From Candidatus Eiseniibacteriota bacterium (lineage in GTDB: Bacteria > Eisenbacteria > RBG-16-71-46 > SZUA-252), in contig OY969801.1 in NCBI GenBank assembly GCA_963703225.1, positions 1,696,001 through 1,760,000 of the forward strand: a stretch of 64,000 nucleotides of DNA, in the 5' to 3' direction. This document shows positions 42,396 to 52,701 of the stretch, one piece after another. Within the stretch, counting starts at the first letter, position 1. Each line of letters begins with the position of its first letter. The notes below the pieces were generated by a model. The model worked only from the letters and a program-made list of their open reading frames with translations. It was not told where the DNA came from and made no database searches. The translations under genes were made by a program, and so were the position numbers.

Positions 42396-43372
42396 GTACT
42401 CTTCACCTCCGATGAGTCTCCAACGTTGAGTCGCTGATAGGCCCCGCGGGCCACCGCGTTTTCCCCGACGACGGACAGGTCGAGGAGCGCGTCCTCCACG
42501 GTGGCGCCCTGGCTGATGATCGAGTTCCGCACCACGGCGCGCCGCACCCGGGCACCCGGGCCGATGGATGTGTGGGGACCGATCACCGCGTGAAGGACGT
42601 CCGCGCTGGGATCGATCGCCACAGGCGGCAAACAGACCACCCCCGGACGGGATACCGGTCCCGCCTGGAGGTCGAGCAGCGCGCGGTTCGTTTCGAGAAG
42701 CGTGTCGGTCTTGCCGCAATCATACCAAGCCTGGACCGGAAACGGGCGGAGATCCTCCCCCTGCTCGATCATTCGCTGGAGGGCGTCGGTCAATTGGAGC
42801 TCCCCTCGGGTCCGCTTGCCCTCCCCTTCCAGCGCGGCAAGGCAGCGAAAGAGAAGGGGCGCGTTTTTCAGGTAATAGAGCCCTACGATCGCCAGATTGG
42901 ATTCCGGTTGCTCGGGCTTTTCCACCAGGCGCGTGATCCGCCCCTCCCGGACGATCGCGACGCCGAAACGGCGCGGGTCGGACACCTCCCGGACTCCCAC
43001 GCTCGAGCCGCCCGCGGTGAACTCCTTGAGCGGCGCCAGCGCGATGGTGTCCCCCAGGACGATGAGCAGTGGCGCCTCTCCCACCCTCTCCCGGGCCTGC
43101 GCCACGGCGTGGCCAAGCCCCAACGGCTCCGACTGAACCACGCTCTCGATGGGGAGAGTGCCCCGGCGCGCGAACTGGACGATGCGCTCTCCCTGCGGGC
43201 CAGGCCCTACGACCAGAACCACCTTCGACGGCTCGGCCCCGGCCACCTGGTCGAGGATGTGGGCCAGAATCGGCCTTCCGGCGACCTCCAGGAGCGCCTT
43301 GGGCGTCGTGAACGTGTGAGGCTTGAGCCTCGTGCCGGCGCCGGCAACCGGGATGACCGCGACCGGCCTCAC
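42392..43372 (-). CDS. Sugar-phosphate nucleotidyltransferase (glucose-1-P thymidylyltransferase-like, long form)
   Basis: AGAGTRL.P.T...[25 protein letters not shown]-terminal hexapeptide repeats. Confidence 0.9.
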
Positions 43373-44475
43373 CGCTTCAACGCTTTCTTGAGCGATAGAA
43401 CTCCTGGCAAGGCGCTGGGGTCGGTTCCATGGGCCAGGGCAAGGTAATAGCTCACGAAATCCCCCATGGCCGTGGAGGTCATGAGCCGCGTCATCGCGTC
43501 GACGTCGTTCGACTGGTAGGTCTCGACCTGGAGCCCCTTCCGTTTCAGGTACGCCGTGAGCCAGTGAAACCGGGCCTGCACCCGCGGGTGATCCGCGCGC
43601 GCCCGAAGGAGTACCGCCGCGAAGCGCCCCACCTGTCCCGTGGGGTGAACGTATCCATCGACCTCGTTGTGGTTCATCTCCGGAAGCGGCGAGGCCCACG
43701 CCATATGCTTGGCGTTTTCGTTCAGCTGCCCCTTCCAGCGCATGGCCACCGGTCCCAGCGTGCGCTCATTCGCGATCACCACGATCGAACGTCCGCCCAG
43801 GCGTATCGCCAATCTTTTTGCAGGGTTGCGGGATTCTATCACAGTCCTACGGCAAGCGGAAGCGACCTCTTCCACTCCCCGAGCCGCAGCCTCGATCCGG
43901 GCCGGGCCGTCCAGGATCAGGCCAAGGTGCGAAGCGACCTGAATCAGCGTGGAAAAGGAGTACCCGAGGGCGGCGCGAGGGGGGTGCCCCGAGGGAAGGG
44001 TTGCCAAGGGGACCTGGTCGGCCGCCGCGAGACGGGCCAGGCTCCCGCCGGTCGAGAGCACGATCGATCGAGCCCCGAGCGCCCGCACCGCTTTGTAGGC
44101 GGTCAAGGTCTCCTCGGTCTCCCCTGAATACGAAGAAAATACGAGGAGGTCCTCAGGTGTGATCCAGGCCGGAGGCTCGTAGTGTCGGACGACGTGGAAC
44201 GGAGAGGTACCTTCCAGATCGACGAGCGCCCGGACCATGTCGCCGGCGATGGCCGACCCCCCCATCCCGAAGAGGACCACACGCCGCGGCCGATGGGGCG
44301 CGAGCCGGGCCAAGACCGGCGCCGCGATCGAGGCGCCCGCGCGGAGCTGCCCCGCGAATCCCTCGATTCGATCCCCCATACCATCCGGATCGAGCCGCGC
44401 CGTCCATTCCGGCGAGTCGAGGCCGGAGCGCGCTCCCGCGCGCGGGCGTGGAGATGCGCCGTGCCGAGGCATCAC
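43369..44475 (-). CDS. Bifunctional phosphoglucose/phosphomannose isomerase (SIS)
   Basis: GMGGSAIAG, SYSGETEET, STGG, PRAA, RWKGQLNENAK, PEMNHNE. Confidence 0.9.
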   Translation of the reverse strand: MMPRHGASPRPRAGARSGLDSPEWTARLDPDGMGDRIEGFAGQLRAGASIAAPVLARLAPHRPRRVVLFGMGGSAIAGDMVRALVDLEGTSPFHVVRHYEPPAWITPEDLLVFSSYSGETEETLTAYKAVRALGARSIVLSTGGSLARLAAADQVPLATLPSGHPPRAALGYSFSTLIQVASHLGLILDGPARIEAAARGVEEVASACRRTVIESRNPAKRLAIRLGGRSIVVIANERTLGPVAMRWKGQLNENAKHMAWASPLPEMNHNEVDGYVHPTGQVGRFAAVLLRARADHPRVQARFHWLTAYLKRKGLQVETYQSNDVDAMTRLMTSTAMGDFVSYYLALAHGTDPSALPGVLSLKKALKR

Positions 44476-46217
44476 TCGGCGAAGTGCCGCGGAAACCGGC
44501 GGCTCATGAACTCGGTTACCACGACCCGGACTTCGGCCGGGGTCGCGAGCCCGAGGCAGCGCTTGGCGAGCGCGACGCTCTCTTCATAGGTCGATGCTCT
44601 GATGATCGTCTTGATCTCCGGCACCAGGTAGGGGCTGACGCTGAATTCACCGAGGCCGAGGCCGATGAGCAGGATCGCGTAGAGCGGCTCGCCGGCCATC
44701 TCGCCGCAGATTCCGACCGGAATCTTGAATCGCTCGCCCGCCTCCACCACGGCCCGGATCGCGCGGATCACCGCGGGGTGGAGCGGCTCGTAGATCTCCG
44801 CGATCGCTTCGTTCCCCCGATCCACCGCGAGCGTGTACTGGATCAGATCATTGGTCCCGATGCTGACGAAGTCCGCCTCCCTCGCGAGCAGGTCGATGGC
44901 GAAGACCGACGCCGGCGTCTCCACCATCACGCCGAGGGGCACCCGCTCCGCTATCGCGATCCCCTCCCGCTGCAGGTCCTGGCGGACCCGATCCACCACG
45001 TCGCGGGCCCTGCAAAAATCCTCCAGCCCCACGACCATGGGGAACATGACCTGGACATTGCCGTGGACCGTCGCGCGCAGAATCGCGCGGAGTTGGGTGC
45101 GGAAGATGTCCTCGCGCTTGAGCGAAAAGCGAAGCCCACGCATACCGAGGAACGGGTTTCGCTCCACCGGCGTCCCCAGGTAGGAAGCGAATTTGTCGCC
45201 CCCCACGTCCAGCGTGCGGATGACGACCGGCCTCGGGTACATCGCCTCGACGATCGTCCGATAGGCGTTGTACTGCGCTTCCTCCGTCGGAAGCGTGGAC
45301 CGCGACAGGTAGAAGAATTCGGTGCGGTAAAGCCCGACGCCCTCCGCCCCGTGCTCCAGAAGGGAGGGAAGCTCTTCCGGCACCTCGAGGTTGGCGCCGA
45401 GATGAACCCGCCGTCCATCGAGCGTGACGCAGGGCTGGTCTTTGAGGGAGGCCAGGTTGGCGGAGAGCTCCTTGTAGCGCCGCTGCTTTCGGACGTGCTC
45501 TTCCAGAACCTCCGGGTCGGGATCGAAAATCGCGACGCCGCGCGTGCCGTCGACCAGCGCGATGGCTCCTTCGCGGGCGGCGCTCATCGCCTGCTTCAAC
45601 CCCACCACCGCCGGAATTCCGCGGGCCCGGGCCATGATCGCCGTGTGGGAGGTACGGCCGCCCAGATCGGTGGCAAAGCCGAGGATCTTATCCCGGGGCG
45701 CAAGCGCCATCTCGCTGGGAGGGATGTCGGCGGCCACGATCAGCGAGGGGACGCGGAGGTCGCTCAGAGAGTAGGAGCGGATTCCGCCCAGGTGCGCGAG
45801 CACCCGACGCCGAACGTCGCGGATGTCGAGGGCGCGGTCACGATAGTACTCGCCGTCCGCCGCATCGAGCCGCGCGGCGACCGCGCCGAGGATCTTGCGA
45901 TAGCACCACGCCGCCGTCCGGCGCTCCCGCTCGATCGCCCCAATCGCCTGCTCCAGCGCATCGGGGTCCTCCAGAATGTCGATTTGGGTGTCGAGGATCC
46001 GGGCGTGCTCCTCGCCGGTCTCGATCTCGATCTTCCGGCGGAGCGCGCGGACCTCGTCGATCGAAGCCACCAGGGCGTTCTTGAGGCGGCCCTGCTCGGC
46101 CCCGATCTCGGTCGGCGGAATCTGACCGTCCACAACCTCGATCTCTTCCGGATCGACGATGTGGACGGGCCCGACTCCGATCCCTGGAGACGCCGCGATG
46201 CCGGTGAGTACGGTCAT
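44472..46217 (-). CDS. ptsI: PEP-protein phosphotransferase (PTS enzyme I)
   Basis: GIAASPG, GRTSHTAI (phospho-His), GVGLYRTEF, NPFLG.RG.R, SIGTNDL.QY, GICGEMAG. Confidence 0.95.
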   Translation of the reverse strand: MTVLTGIAASPGIGVGPVHIVDPEEIEVVDGQIPPTEIGAEQGRLKNALVASIDEVRALRRKIEIETGEEHARILDTQIDILEDPDALEQAIGAIERERRTAAWCYRKILGAVAARLDAADGEYYRDRALDIRDVRRRVLAHLGGIRSYSLSDLRVPSLIVAADIPPSEMALAPRDKILGFATDLGGRTSHTAIMARARGIPAVVGLKQAMSAAREGAIALVDGTRGVAIFDPDPEVLEEHVRKQRRYKELSANLASLKDQPCVTLDGRRVHLGANLEVPEELPSLLEHGAEGVGLYRTEFFYLSRSTLPTEEAQYNAYRTIVEAMYPRPVVIRTLDVGGDKFASYLGTPVERNPFLGMRGLRFSLKREDIFRTQLRAILRATVHGNVQVMFPMVVGLEDFCRARDVVDRVRQDLQREGIAIAERVPLGVMVETPASVFAIDLLAREADFVSIGTNDLIQYTLAVDRGNEAIAEIYEPLHPAVIRAIRAVVEAGERFKIPVGICGEMAGEPLYAILLIGLGLGEFSVSPYLVPEIKTIIRASTYEESVALAKRCLGLATPAEVRVVVTEFMSRRFPRHFAE

Positions 46218-46480
46218 TCTTCCCCGAACTTGTCGTCGATGACTTTGACGAGCGCCTCCATCGCCTCCCGCTCGTCCGCGCCCTCCACCTTGAGCGTGAG
46301 CTCGGCGCCGCGCTCGGCCGCGAGCATCATCACCCCGAGGATGCTCTTGCCGTTCACCTCCAGACCATCCCGCGCCAGGAACACGTGCGAGGCGAATTTC
46401 GCCGCCTCCTTCACGAACACCGAGCACGCGCGGGCGTGGAGACCCAGGCGATTCTGAATGACGACCGAACGCTCGATCAT
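46214..46480 (-). CDS. ptsH: HPr phosphocarrier
   Basis: NRLGLHARA (His15), NGKSILGV (Ser46). Confidence 0.95.
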   Translation of the reverse strand: MIERSVVIQNRLGLHARACSVFVKEAAKFASHVFLARDGLEVNGKSILGVMMLAAERGAELTLKVEGADEREAMEALVKVIDDKFGEE

Positions 46481-46491
46481 TCCCCCCGCCC

Positions 46492-47307
46492 CTAAAGGAC
46501 CAAGGCGAGCAGGGCGGCCGTCGCGAATACCGCCGACCCGACCTCCACCCCGCGTCCCGGCCACCGTTTCAGCCCCGCGAACGCGACCCATCCCCCGAGT
46601 AATAGCGGAGCGAGCGACCCCGCCCGGGCGCGGCCGTCGTGTCCCCAGGCGCTCGACCCCAGATTCAGCGAGAGCCACGCCGCGGCGAGAAGCACGCCGT
46701 ACCCGAACGCGCCCGCCCGTGAGATCGCGGCGTTCCATTCCGCGAGGTGGAGCGAGCGCAGGATCTCGTTCAGCCGGTCGGCGAGCGCGTAGCCTCGCGT
46801 CACACCGAAGACGCGAAACGGCCAAGCGACGGCATTGTACGTCAAAAGAGTGAGCAGAGGGCAGAGCAGCACGCGGAGATCGGGGCCCACGCTGGCGGCG
46901 CCCGGCACGAAGGCGATTCCGAGAATCCCGACGAGGCCCGCGAAGGGGCGGAGCGTGATCCAGAACAGCGGATCGCCCATCGCCGCGAGCGGGCTCGCCA
47001 TCGATCGCTTGACCGAGTCGATCTCCTCATCGCCGATCGCCTCTCCGTTCGCGCGTCGCTCTTCGAGGCGCGCCGCGACGCCCAGGACGTAGCCCGAAAG
47101 GATAGGATGCGTGGCGAAATAGGAAAGGTGGCGGCGGAGAGCGCGGCCAAGCTCTTCCCTGGCCGGGTAGATTCTTCGAAGCACCGGGAGAAGCGCGAAT
47201 CCAAAGCCGATCCCCTGCATTCGCTCCGGGGTCAAGAGCGCCTGGATCTCGAGCGACCGTGAGCCCGTCGCGGCCAGGTCCAGCCGACGCACCCGCGACC
47301 CGCTCAC
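46492..47307 (-). CDS. PTS mannose/fructose/sorbose family IID
   Basis: ERMQGIGF, RHL.YF.THP, SPLAAMGD.LFW..LRP. Confidence 0.85.
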   Translation of the reverse strand: MSGSRVRRLDLAATGSRSLEIQALLTPERMQGIGFGFALLPVLRRIYPAREELGRALRRHLSYFATHPILSGYVLGVAARLEERRANGEAIGDEEIDSVKRSMASPLAAMGDPLFWITLRPFAGLVGILGIAFVPGAASVGPDLRVLLCPLLTLLTYNAVAWPFRVFGVTRGYALADRLNEILRSLHLAEWNAAISRAGAFGYGVLLAAAWLSLNLGSSAWGHDGRARAGSLAPLLLGGWVAFAGLKRWPGRGVEVGSAVFATAALLALVL

Positions 47308-48059
47308 ACCGCACCTCGGTGGAGCACCGCGGAGAGGACCAGGGCGACCACCACACCGAGCGCCACCCAGCGAAGGGCGCCCCTGCGGCCCCGGACATGC
47401 GCATGATACGCGGCGGCCAATCCCGCTCCGACGAGGGCCGCGAAGACAAAGCCGACCCGGCGGCCCGTCGCCGCGGCGCTCAGCCGCGGCAGCATCACGA
47501 GGAGCGCGGCCAGTCCGAGTACCGACGCGCCCCAGGCCCAAAGGGCACCGAGCGTGAAGGCCCGGAGAAGGCCTCCCCAGTAGAGCCACTCGAAGGCCCC
47601 CACCGCCCCGGACTCCGCGAGGCGATCGGCGCGAGCCACGTCGGCACGGCTCTGGGCGCGATGGATCCTGCCGACCCAACCGCCGGCGATCGCCGAGACG
47701 AGACCCATGCCGACGCCCACAAGCACCCAGAAGATGCCTGACGCCGCGATGGCCAGATCGCGGTCCAGCTGGCCCATCCCGAACAACGACACCGCGGTCC
47801 CCACGACGCCGGCGGTCGCGGTGTCATGCTGCCGCTGCGCCGCGGGCAGTGAGGCGTCGGTCAACAGAAGCTGCAAGAGAGCGCCGATGCCGAGCGGAAC
47901 GCGCAGCGCCCAGATCTCCACGTCGGAGCCGGGAGCCAGGAGGATTCCCGCGAGGCAGGCGCCGACCAGGGGTTGGCTGAGCATCAGGCCCCATCCGGCG
48001 TTTCGGTCGAGGGTGAGCGTCCCGCCCAGAAACGCGATGCTCAGCATTTCAGGCAGCAC
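47304..48059 (-). CDS. PTS mannose family IIC (divergent)
   Basis: LDR.....MLSQPLV.A...G, GALLQL, multiple TM helices, position between IIB and IID. Confidence 0.75.
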   Translation of the reverse strand: MLPEMLSIAFLGGTLTLDRNAGWGLMLSQPLVGACLAGILLAPGSDVEIWALRVPLGIGALLQLLLTDASLPAAQRQHDTATAGVVGTAVSLFGMGQLDRDLAIAASGIFWVLVGVGMGLVSAIAGGWVGRIHRAQSRADVARADRLAESGAVGAFEWLYWGGLLRAFTLGALWAWGASVLGLAALLVMLPRLSAAATGRRVGFVFAALVGAGLAAAYHAHVRGRRGALRWVALGVVVALVLSAVLHRGAV

Positions 48060-48092
48060 GATCGCCCTCCCTGGCCGCCGCGGGTGCCGCGC

Positions 48093-48578
48093 TCAGGCCG
48101 CGCCGCCGATCCACGGCTCGACGGAGTGTCGCGCATTCGAAGGCAGATCCTGGGCGTAGACGGTTACGCCGCGCTGGCGGAGCGCGCGGAGGCGATCCCG
48201 ATCGGCCGCGTCCAGGAACACGTACGGCAGCACCTCGCTCCGCCCCGGAGCGTGATGTAGCCCGCCCAAGTTCACCTCGTTCAGGGCGAATCCTCCCTCG
48301 TGGAGGAGAAGAGCCTCGTCGATGCCGGGGAATAGCAGCACCGTGCGCTCCGCCGCCACCTCGGTGCTGAAATTGGGATCGAGCGCCTCCGCGACGGAAA
48401 GGACGCGTCCCCGAGCTCCCTCGGGGACCGCGAATAGGAACAGCTCGGCCCGCTCCGGATGAGCGCGGAGCGCGTCGGAGACGATGGCGATGAGCGTGGG
48501 GCGCAGCGGAACCCCCCACCCGTGGACCACCTGTCCGTGGATCAGTCGGTCATCAATGCGGGCGAGGAGAAGGGGCAC
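48093..48578 (-). CDS. PTS mannose family IIB
   Basis: RIDDRLIHGQVV.GW, VNLGGLH. Confidence 0.92.
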   Translation of the reverse strand: MPLLLARIDDRLIHGQVVHGWGVPLRPTLIAIVSDALRAHPERAELFLFAVPEGARGRVLSVAEALDPNFSTEVAAERTVLLFPGIDEALLLHEGGFALNEVNLGGLHHAPGRSEVLPYVFLDAADRDRLRALRQRGVTVYAQDLPSNARHSVEPWIGGAA

Positions 48579-48579
48579 C

Positions 48580-48972
48580 TTACAGGATCAGGATCCCCGC
48601 CTTCCCTTTCGCCTCCATGCGCGGCAGGAGCTCGTCCAGGGAGAGCGTGTCCCGGTAGTGGAAAAACTCGAGGAGCATCGGCAGGTTAACGCCTGTGATT
48701 CTGCGAATGAGCTTCCCTTCGCACCCGACCCGGCGGGAGGCGATGCCGCAGCTCCCCGCAGCCAGATCGGTGAAGAGCACGATGGGGGTATCCGGGGGAT
48801 GTTTGGCGACCTCGCGGTCGATCGCCTCCGCCAAAGCGTCGGCGGTCAGACCCGTGTTGCTCACGGTGGCGAAATCCCCCTGGGGCCCGAGGATGGCCGC
48901 GACCGTCCGGACCAGCTCATCGCCCAGGGTTCCGTGCGTCACCAGTAGCGCGACCGTGCGTGGCGGGCTCAT
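48580..48972 (-). CDS. PTS mannose family IIA
   Basis: LLVTHG, FTDL..GS, ITGVNLPML. Confidence 0.9.
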   Translation of the reverse strand: MSPPRTVALLVTHGTLGDELVRTVAAILGPQGDFATVSNTGLTADALAEAIDREVAKHPPDTPIVLFTDLAAGSCGIASRRVGCEGKLIRRITGVNLPMLLEFFHYRDTLSLDELLPRMEAKGKAGILIL

Positions 48973-48990
48973 ACGAAGGTCCGGACGCTC

Positions 48991-49974
48991 CTATTCCGTG
49001 TCGTCACGGACAAGCGGGTTCGAGAGAAGTTTCATGCGCATACTCTCCATCAAGCGGTCGTTCAAGGCTCGAGCGGGGTGATAGCCGTAGACCTTGACCA
49101 GGTGGTTCAGCGCGACAACCTCCGCGATCACCGTGATGTTCTTCCCTGGAAAGATCGGAATCGTGACCAGCGGAATCTGCACGTCGAGGTAGCGCTGCAT
49201 CTGGTCGTCCAGGCCCACGCGCTCGTAGTCTCGCGCGTCGCTCCACTCGGTTAGATGCACCTCGACCTCCACCCGTTTCTGGCCCCGAATGGACCGAATC
49301 CCGAAAATCGACTGGACGTCGATGATCCCCAGACCCCGCACCTCCATCGTATGCTTGAGGACTTCGTTGACGGCCCCAATCAGGATGTCGCCGTGGCGCC
49401 GCGTGATCCGAACGACGTCGTCCGCGACCAGGCGGTGCCCGCGCTCCACGAGATCGAGGGCTGTTTCACTCTTCCCGATCCCGCTCCGCCCGGTGAAGAG
49501 GAGCCCCACCCCGTAGACGTCGACGAGGGAGGCATGCACGGTGACCGAGGGGGCAAAGACGTAGTCCAGAAACGCGGTGAGCTGGTGGATGAACGGGGTC
49601 GTGTCCTGGGGAGTCCGAAGCACGGGGATTTCGTGCTGATTCGCCCTCGCCAGGAGGCCGTCGGGAATCTCGAGGCCCTTGGCGACGATGATGCAGGGAA
49701 CCTGGAAGTGGAAGAATCGGTCGAAGGCGGCCTTCCGCTCCCTCTCCCCGAGGGTGCTGATGTAGGCCATCTCGGTCCGGCCGAAGATCTGGATCCGATC
49801 GGCGAGAAAATTCTCCGTAAACCCCATCAGGGCCATGCCCGGCCGATTGATGTCGCTGACGGTGATCGGAACGCGGGCCTGCAAGCTCTTCGACAGGAGC
49901 TCGAGGGAGAGGCTCTCCCCCTGCTGCTCGTGGAGCTGGGCGACCGTGAGGGTGGGTGGGCTAGTCGAGTTCAA
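48991..49974 (-). CDS. hprK: HPr(Ser) kinase/phosphorylase
   Basis: NRPG, G.SGIGKSETAL.L..RGHRLVADD, EVRGLGII. Confidence 0.95.
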   Translation of the reverse strand: MNSTSPPTLTVAQLHEQQGESLSLELLSKSLQARVPITVSDINRPGMALMGFTENFLADRIQIFGRTEMAYISTLGERERKAAFDRFFHFQVPCIIVAKGLEIPDGLLARANQHEIPVLRTPQDTTPFIHQLTAFLDYVFAPSVTVHASLVDVYGVGLLFTGRSGIGKSETALDLVERGHRLVADDVVRITRRHGDILIGAVNEVLKHTMEVRGLGIIDVQSIFGIRSIRGQKRVEVEVHLTEWSDARDYERVGLDDQMQRYLDVQIPLVTIPIFPGKNITVIAEVVALNHLVKVYGYHPARALNDRLMESMRMKLLSNPLVRDDTE

Positions 49975-50497
49975 GGAGTCCCACCTGCCCCTTGCCCAGA
50001 CGGTAGGCGACCCGGATTCCGTCGGCTCCTCGCTCGGAAAATACGAGCACCGGCTTTCTCCCCTTCAAGAGCGCGTGCGCGGCCTCGTCGACGCTCATCA
50101 CCGGGCAGCGCGGCCGCTCCCGCACGACCGACACGGCCGGCGTGTTGGTCTTGGGCAATGATGGCGTCTCGGCCGCGGACGGCTCCAGGCGAAGCCCCGG
50201 GCCCCGCTTCTTACGGTCCTGCAGCTTGTCCTTCCGGCGAAGGAGCGCGCGTTCCTGCTTCTCCAGCACCGCGTCGAGCGCGGTGCGAGCATCGGGATCG
50301 ACGGCTTTCGAGAGAAGGTCGACGGAATTCCCGTGCAGGCGAAGCTCGGCCTCGTGGCGATACCCGTCCCGGGTCACGACGAGGTCCGCCCGGATCAGCC
50401 GGGGGTAGTACCGTGTGAGCTTCTCGATGCGGTCGACCGCGTACTCCTTGAAGTCCGCCGTCAGCTTCCAGTGCCGCCCCTTGATTGTGATCTCCAT
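49961..50497 (-). CDS. hpf: Ribosome hibernation factor (long HPF/RaiA)
   Basis: ITIKGRH..LT.....Y...KL, MSVDEA C-terminal domain, downstream of rpoN. Confidence 0.85.
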   Translation of the reverse strand: MEITIKGRHWKLTADFKEYAVDRIEKLTRYYPRLIRADLVVTRDGYRHEAELRLHGNSVDLLSKAVDPDARTALDAVLEKQERALLRRKDKLQDRKKRGPGLRLEPSAAETPSLPKTNTPAVSVVRERPRCPVMSVDEAAHALLKGRKPVLVFSERGADGIRVAYRLGKGQVGLLELD

Positions 50498-50532
50498 TCC
50501 TATCCTCTCCCCCGGACCGGGGCTACCTTCGA

Positions 50533-51963
50533 TCAAGCATATCGCCGTCGGGCGCGCGCCGGCAGAAGCCGGAGCGCTTCCCGGTATTTCGCCACGGTAC
50601 GCCGCGCGATCCTCAGTCCCTGCTCGTGCAGGATCTCCGCCACGCGCTGATCGCTGAGCGGCTCTCGTTTGTCCTCGTTGTTGATCAGGTTGAGGATCTT
50701 CTCCTTGGCGACCTTGGCGGAAACGTCGTCCCCCTCATCAGTCGCCAGGCCGCTGGAGAAGAAGTACTTGAGCTCAAAAACGCCTCGTGGAGTCTGGACG
50801 TACTTGTTCGTCGTGACTCGGCTCACCGTCGACTCGTGCATCCCGATCTGGTTGGCGATCTGCTGCAACGTGAGCGGGCGGAGTCCCTCGACGCCCTTCT
50901 CGAAGAAGTCTCGCTGCTCCTCCACGATGCGTCGCATCACCTTGATCATCGTCTTTCGCCGCTGCTCGATGGTCTGGATCAGCCATTTGGCCGAGTTCAG
51001 CTTGTCGACGATGAACTTGCGCGTCTCGTTTTGTCCCGCCGACTTGTCGCGCAGCATCTGCTGGTACGCCGAGCTAATCCTGAGCCGCGGCACGTTTCGA
51101 TCGTTGAGCGACACGACGAAATCTTCGCCGACACGATCCACGATCAGGTCGGGCGTGACGTATTTGGTCTCCTCGGCCGCGATCTCCTGGCCCGGCCGCG
51201 GGTCGAGCGTGGCGATGAGATCGCCCGCCGACTGGACATCCTCGACGGAGCACTTCAAATGCCGAGCGATCTCCCCGAAACGCTTGGAGAGAAGATTGTC
51301 GAACTGCTCTTGGACGATGCGCCCGGCGAGCGTGTCCTCCTGCTTTCGCTGGGCCAGCTGGATCCAGAGGCACTCTTGGAGATTCCTCGCGCCAACGCCC
51401 GCGGGCTCGAGCTTCTGGATGGAAGCCAGGATGTCCTCGACCCTCTCGGGCGCGGCGCCGAACGTCTCGGCCACTTCCTCGACGGTGGTTTGGAGGTAGC
51501 CGTTTTCGTCGATCGAGCCGATCAGGTACTCGCCAATCGCGAGGTCCTCGTCGTTCAGCGATTGCATCCGGAGCTGCTCGAGGAGGTGATCGCCGAGGCT
51601 CTGGCGCGTGACGGGCACGCGCTCGTAAAATTCCGCGTCGGGATCGTCGGTGCGGGGAGCGGAGGGACCCTCGAAGGCGTCGGGCCAGAGCTCGTTCCAG
51701 TCCACTTCCTGGTTCTTCTCGGCCTCCGACGCCTCGGCCGGCTCCGCTTCCTCCTGGCCCGTCTCCTTCTTGACCTCTTCGATCTCCTCGACTTCCTCTA
51801 CCTCGTCGACTTCCTCGAGGAGCGGGTTGCGCTCCAGCTCGAGCTTGAGCGCCTGCTGCAGCTCGAGCGTGGGCATCTGCAAGAGCTTGAGGGCCTGCTG
51901 CAGACGCTGGGTCATGATCAGCGTCGGCTTTTGCTGCATGCTCAGGCCGTGTTTCATTTCCAT
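50533..51963 (-). CDS. rpoN: RNA polymerase sigma-54 factor
   Basis: LQQALKLLQ, HESTVSR, RpoN box ARRTVAKYR. Confidence 0.97.
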   Translation of the reverse strand: MEMKHGLSMQQKPTLIMTQRLQQALKLLQMPTLELQQALKLELERNPLLEEVDEVEEVEEIEEVKKETGQEEAEPAEASEAEKNQEVDWNELWPDAFEGPSAPRTDDPDAEFYERVPVTRQSLGDHLLEQLRMQSLNDEDLAIGEYLIGSIDENGYLQTTVEEVAETFGAAPERVEDILASIQKLEPAGVGARNLQECLWIQLAQRKQEDTLAGRIVQEQFDNLLSKRFGEIARHLKCSVEDVQSAGDLIATLDPRPGQEIAAEETKYVTPDLIVDRVGEDFVVSLNDRNVPRLRISSAYQQMLRDKSAGQNETRKFIVDKLNSAKWLIQTIEQRRKTMIKVMRRIVEEQRDFFEKGVEGLRPLTLQQIANQIGMHESTVSRVTTNKYVQTPRGVFELKYFFSSGLATDEGDDVSAKVAKEKILNLINNEDKREPLSDQRVAEILHEQGLRIARRTVAKYREALRLLPARARRRYA

Positions 51964-51975
51964 GATTCGAGCCCC

Positions 51976-52701
51976 TTAATCCAGACGGAAGCGCTCGCCG
52001 AGATAGATCTGGCGGGCGACGGGATCGAGTGCGAGCTCCTGGCTGGTGCCCTGGAGCAGGATCTTGCCCTCGAACATGATGTACGCGCGGTCGGTGGTGC
52101 TCAGGGTCTCCCGCACGTTGTGGTCGGTGATCAAGATGCCCAGCCCCTTGTCCCGCAATCGAGACACGATGTCCTGAATTTCCGCCACCGCGATCGGATC
52201 GATGCCGACGAACGGCTCATCCAGCAGCAGGTAGCCCGGCTGGGTCACGAGCGCCCGAGTGATCTCGACCCGCCGCCGCTCTCCGCCCGAGAGGTTGTAC
52301 CCCTTCCGGTCGGCGAGATGAGCGATGTTCAGCTCCTCGAGCAGCCCCTCGAGCCGCTCGGCCCGTTCCTTCGAGCTCAGATGGAGCGTCTCGAGAATCG
52401 CGAGGATGTTCTCCCGCACCGTGAGCCGCCGAAAGATCGACGGCTCCTGCTGCAGGTATCCGATCCCGATCCGCGCCCGCGCGTGCATCGGGACGCGGGT
52501 GACATCCTTTCCGTCGACGACGATCCGCCCCCGGTCGGCCCGCAGCAGGCCGACGATCAGGTAGAACGTCGTGGTCTTGCCCGCCCCGTTGGGTCCGAGG
52601 AGCCCTACCACCTCGCCCCGCTGAACCTCGATGGAGACCTTGTCGACCACTTTCCAGTTTCCATAGTAGCGCTCGAGATCCCGAGCCTCGAGGCCCGTCA
52701 T
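51976..52701 (-). CDS. lptB: LPS export ABC ATP-binding protein
   Basis: GPNGAGKTT, LSGGERRRVEI, DEPF.GIDP, TDHNVRETL, YLGE.F. Confidence 0.95.
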   Translation of the reverse strand: MTGLEARDLERYYGNWKVVDKVSIEVQRGEVVGLLGPNGAGKTTTFYLIVGLLRADRGRIVVDGKDVTRVPMHARARIGIGYLQQEPSIFRRLTVRENILAILETLHLSSKERAERLEGLLEELNIAHLADRKGYNLSGGERRRVEITRALVTQPGYLLLDEPFVGIDPIAVAEIQDIVSRLRDKGLGILITDHNVRETLSTTDRAYIMFEGKILLQGTSQELALDPVARQIYLGERFRLD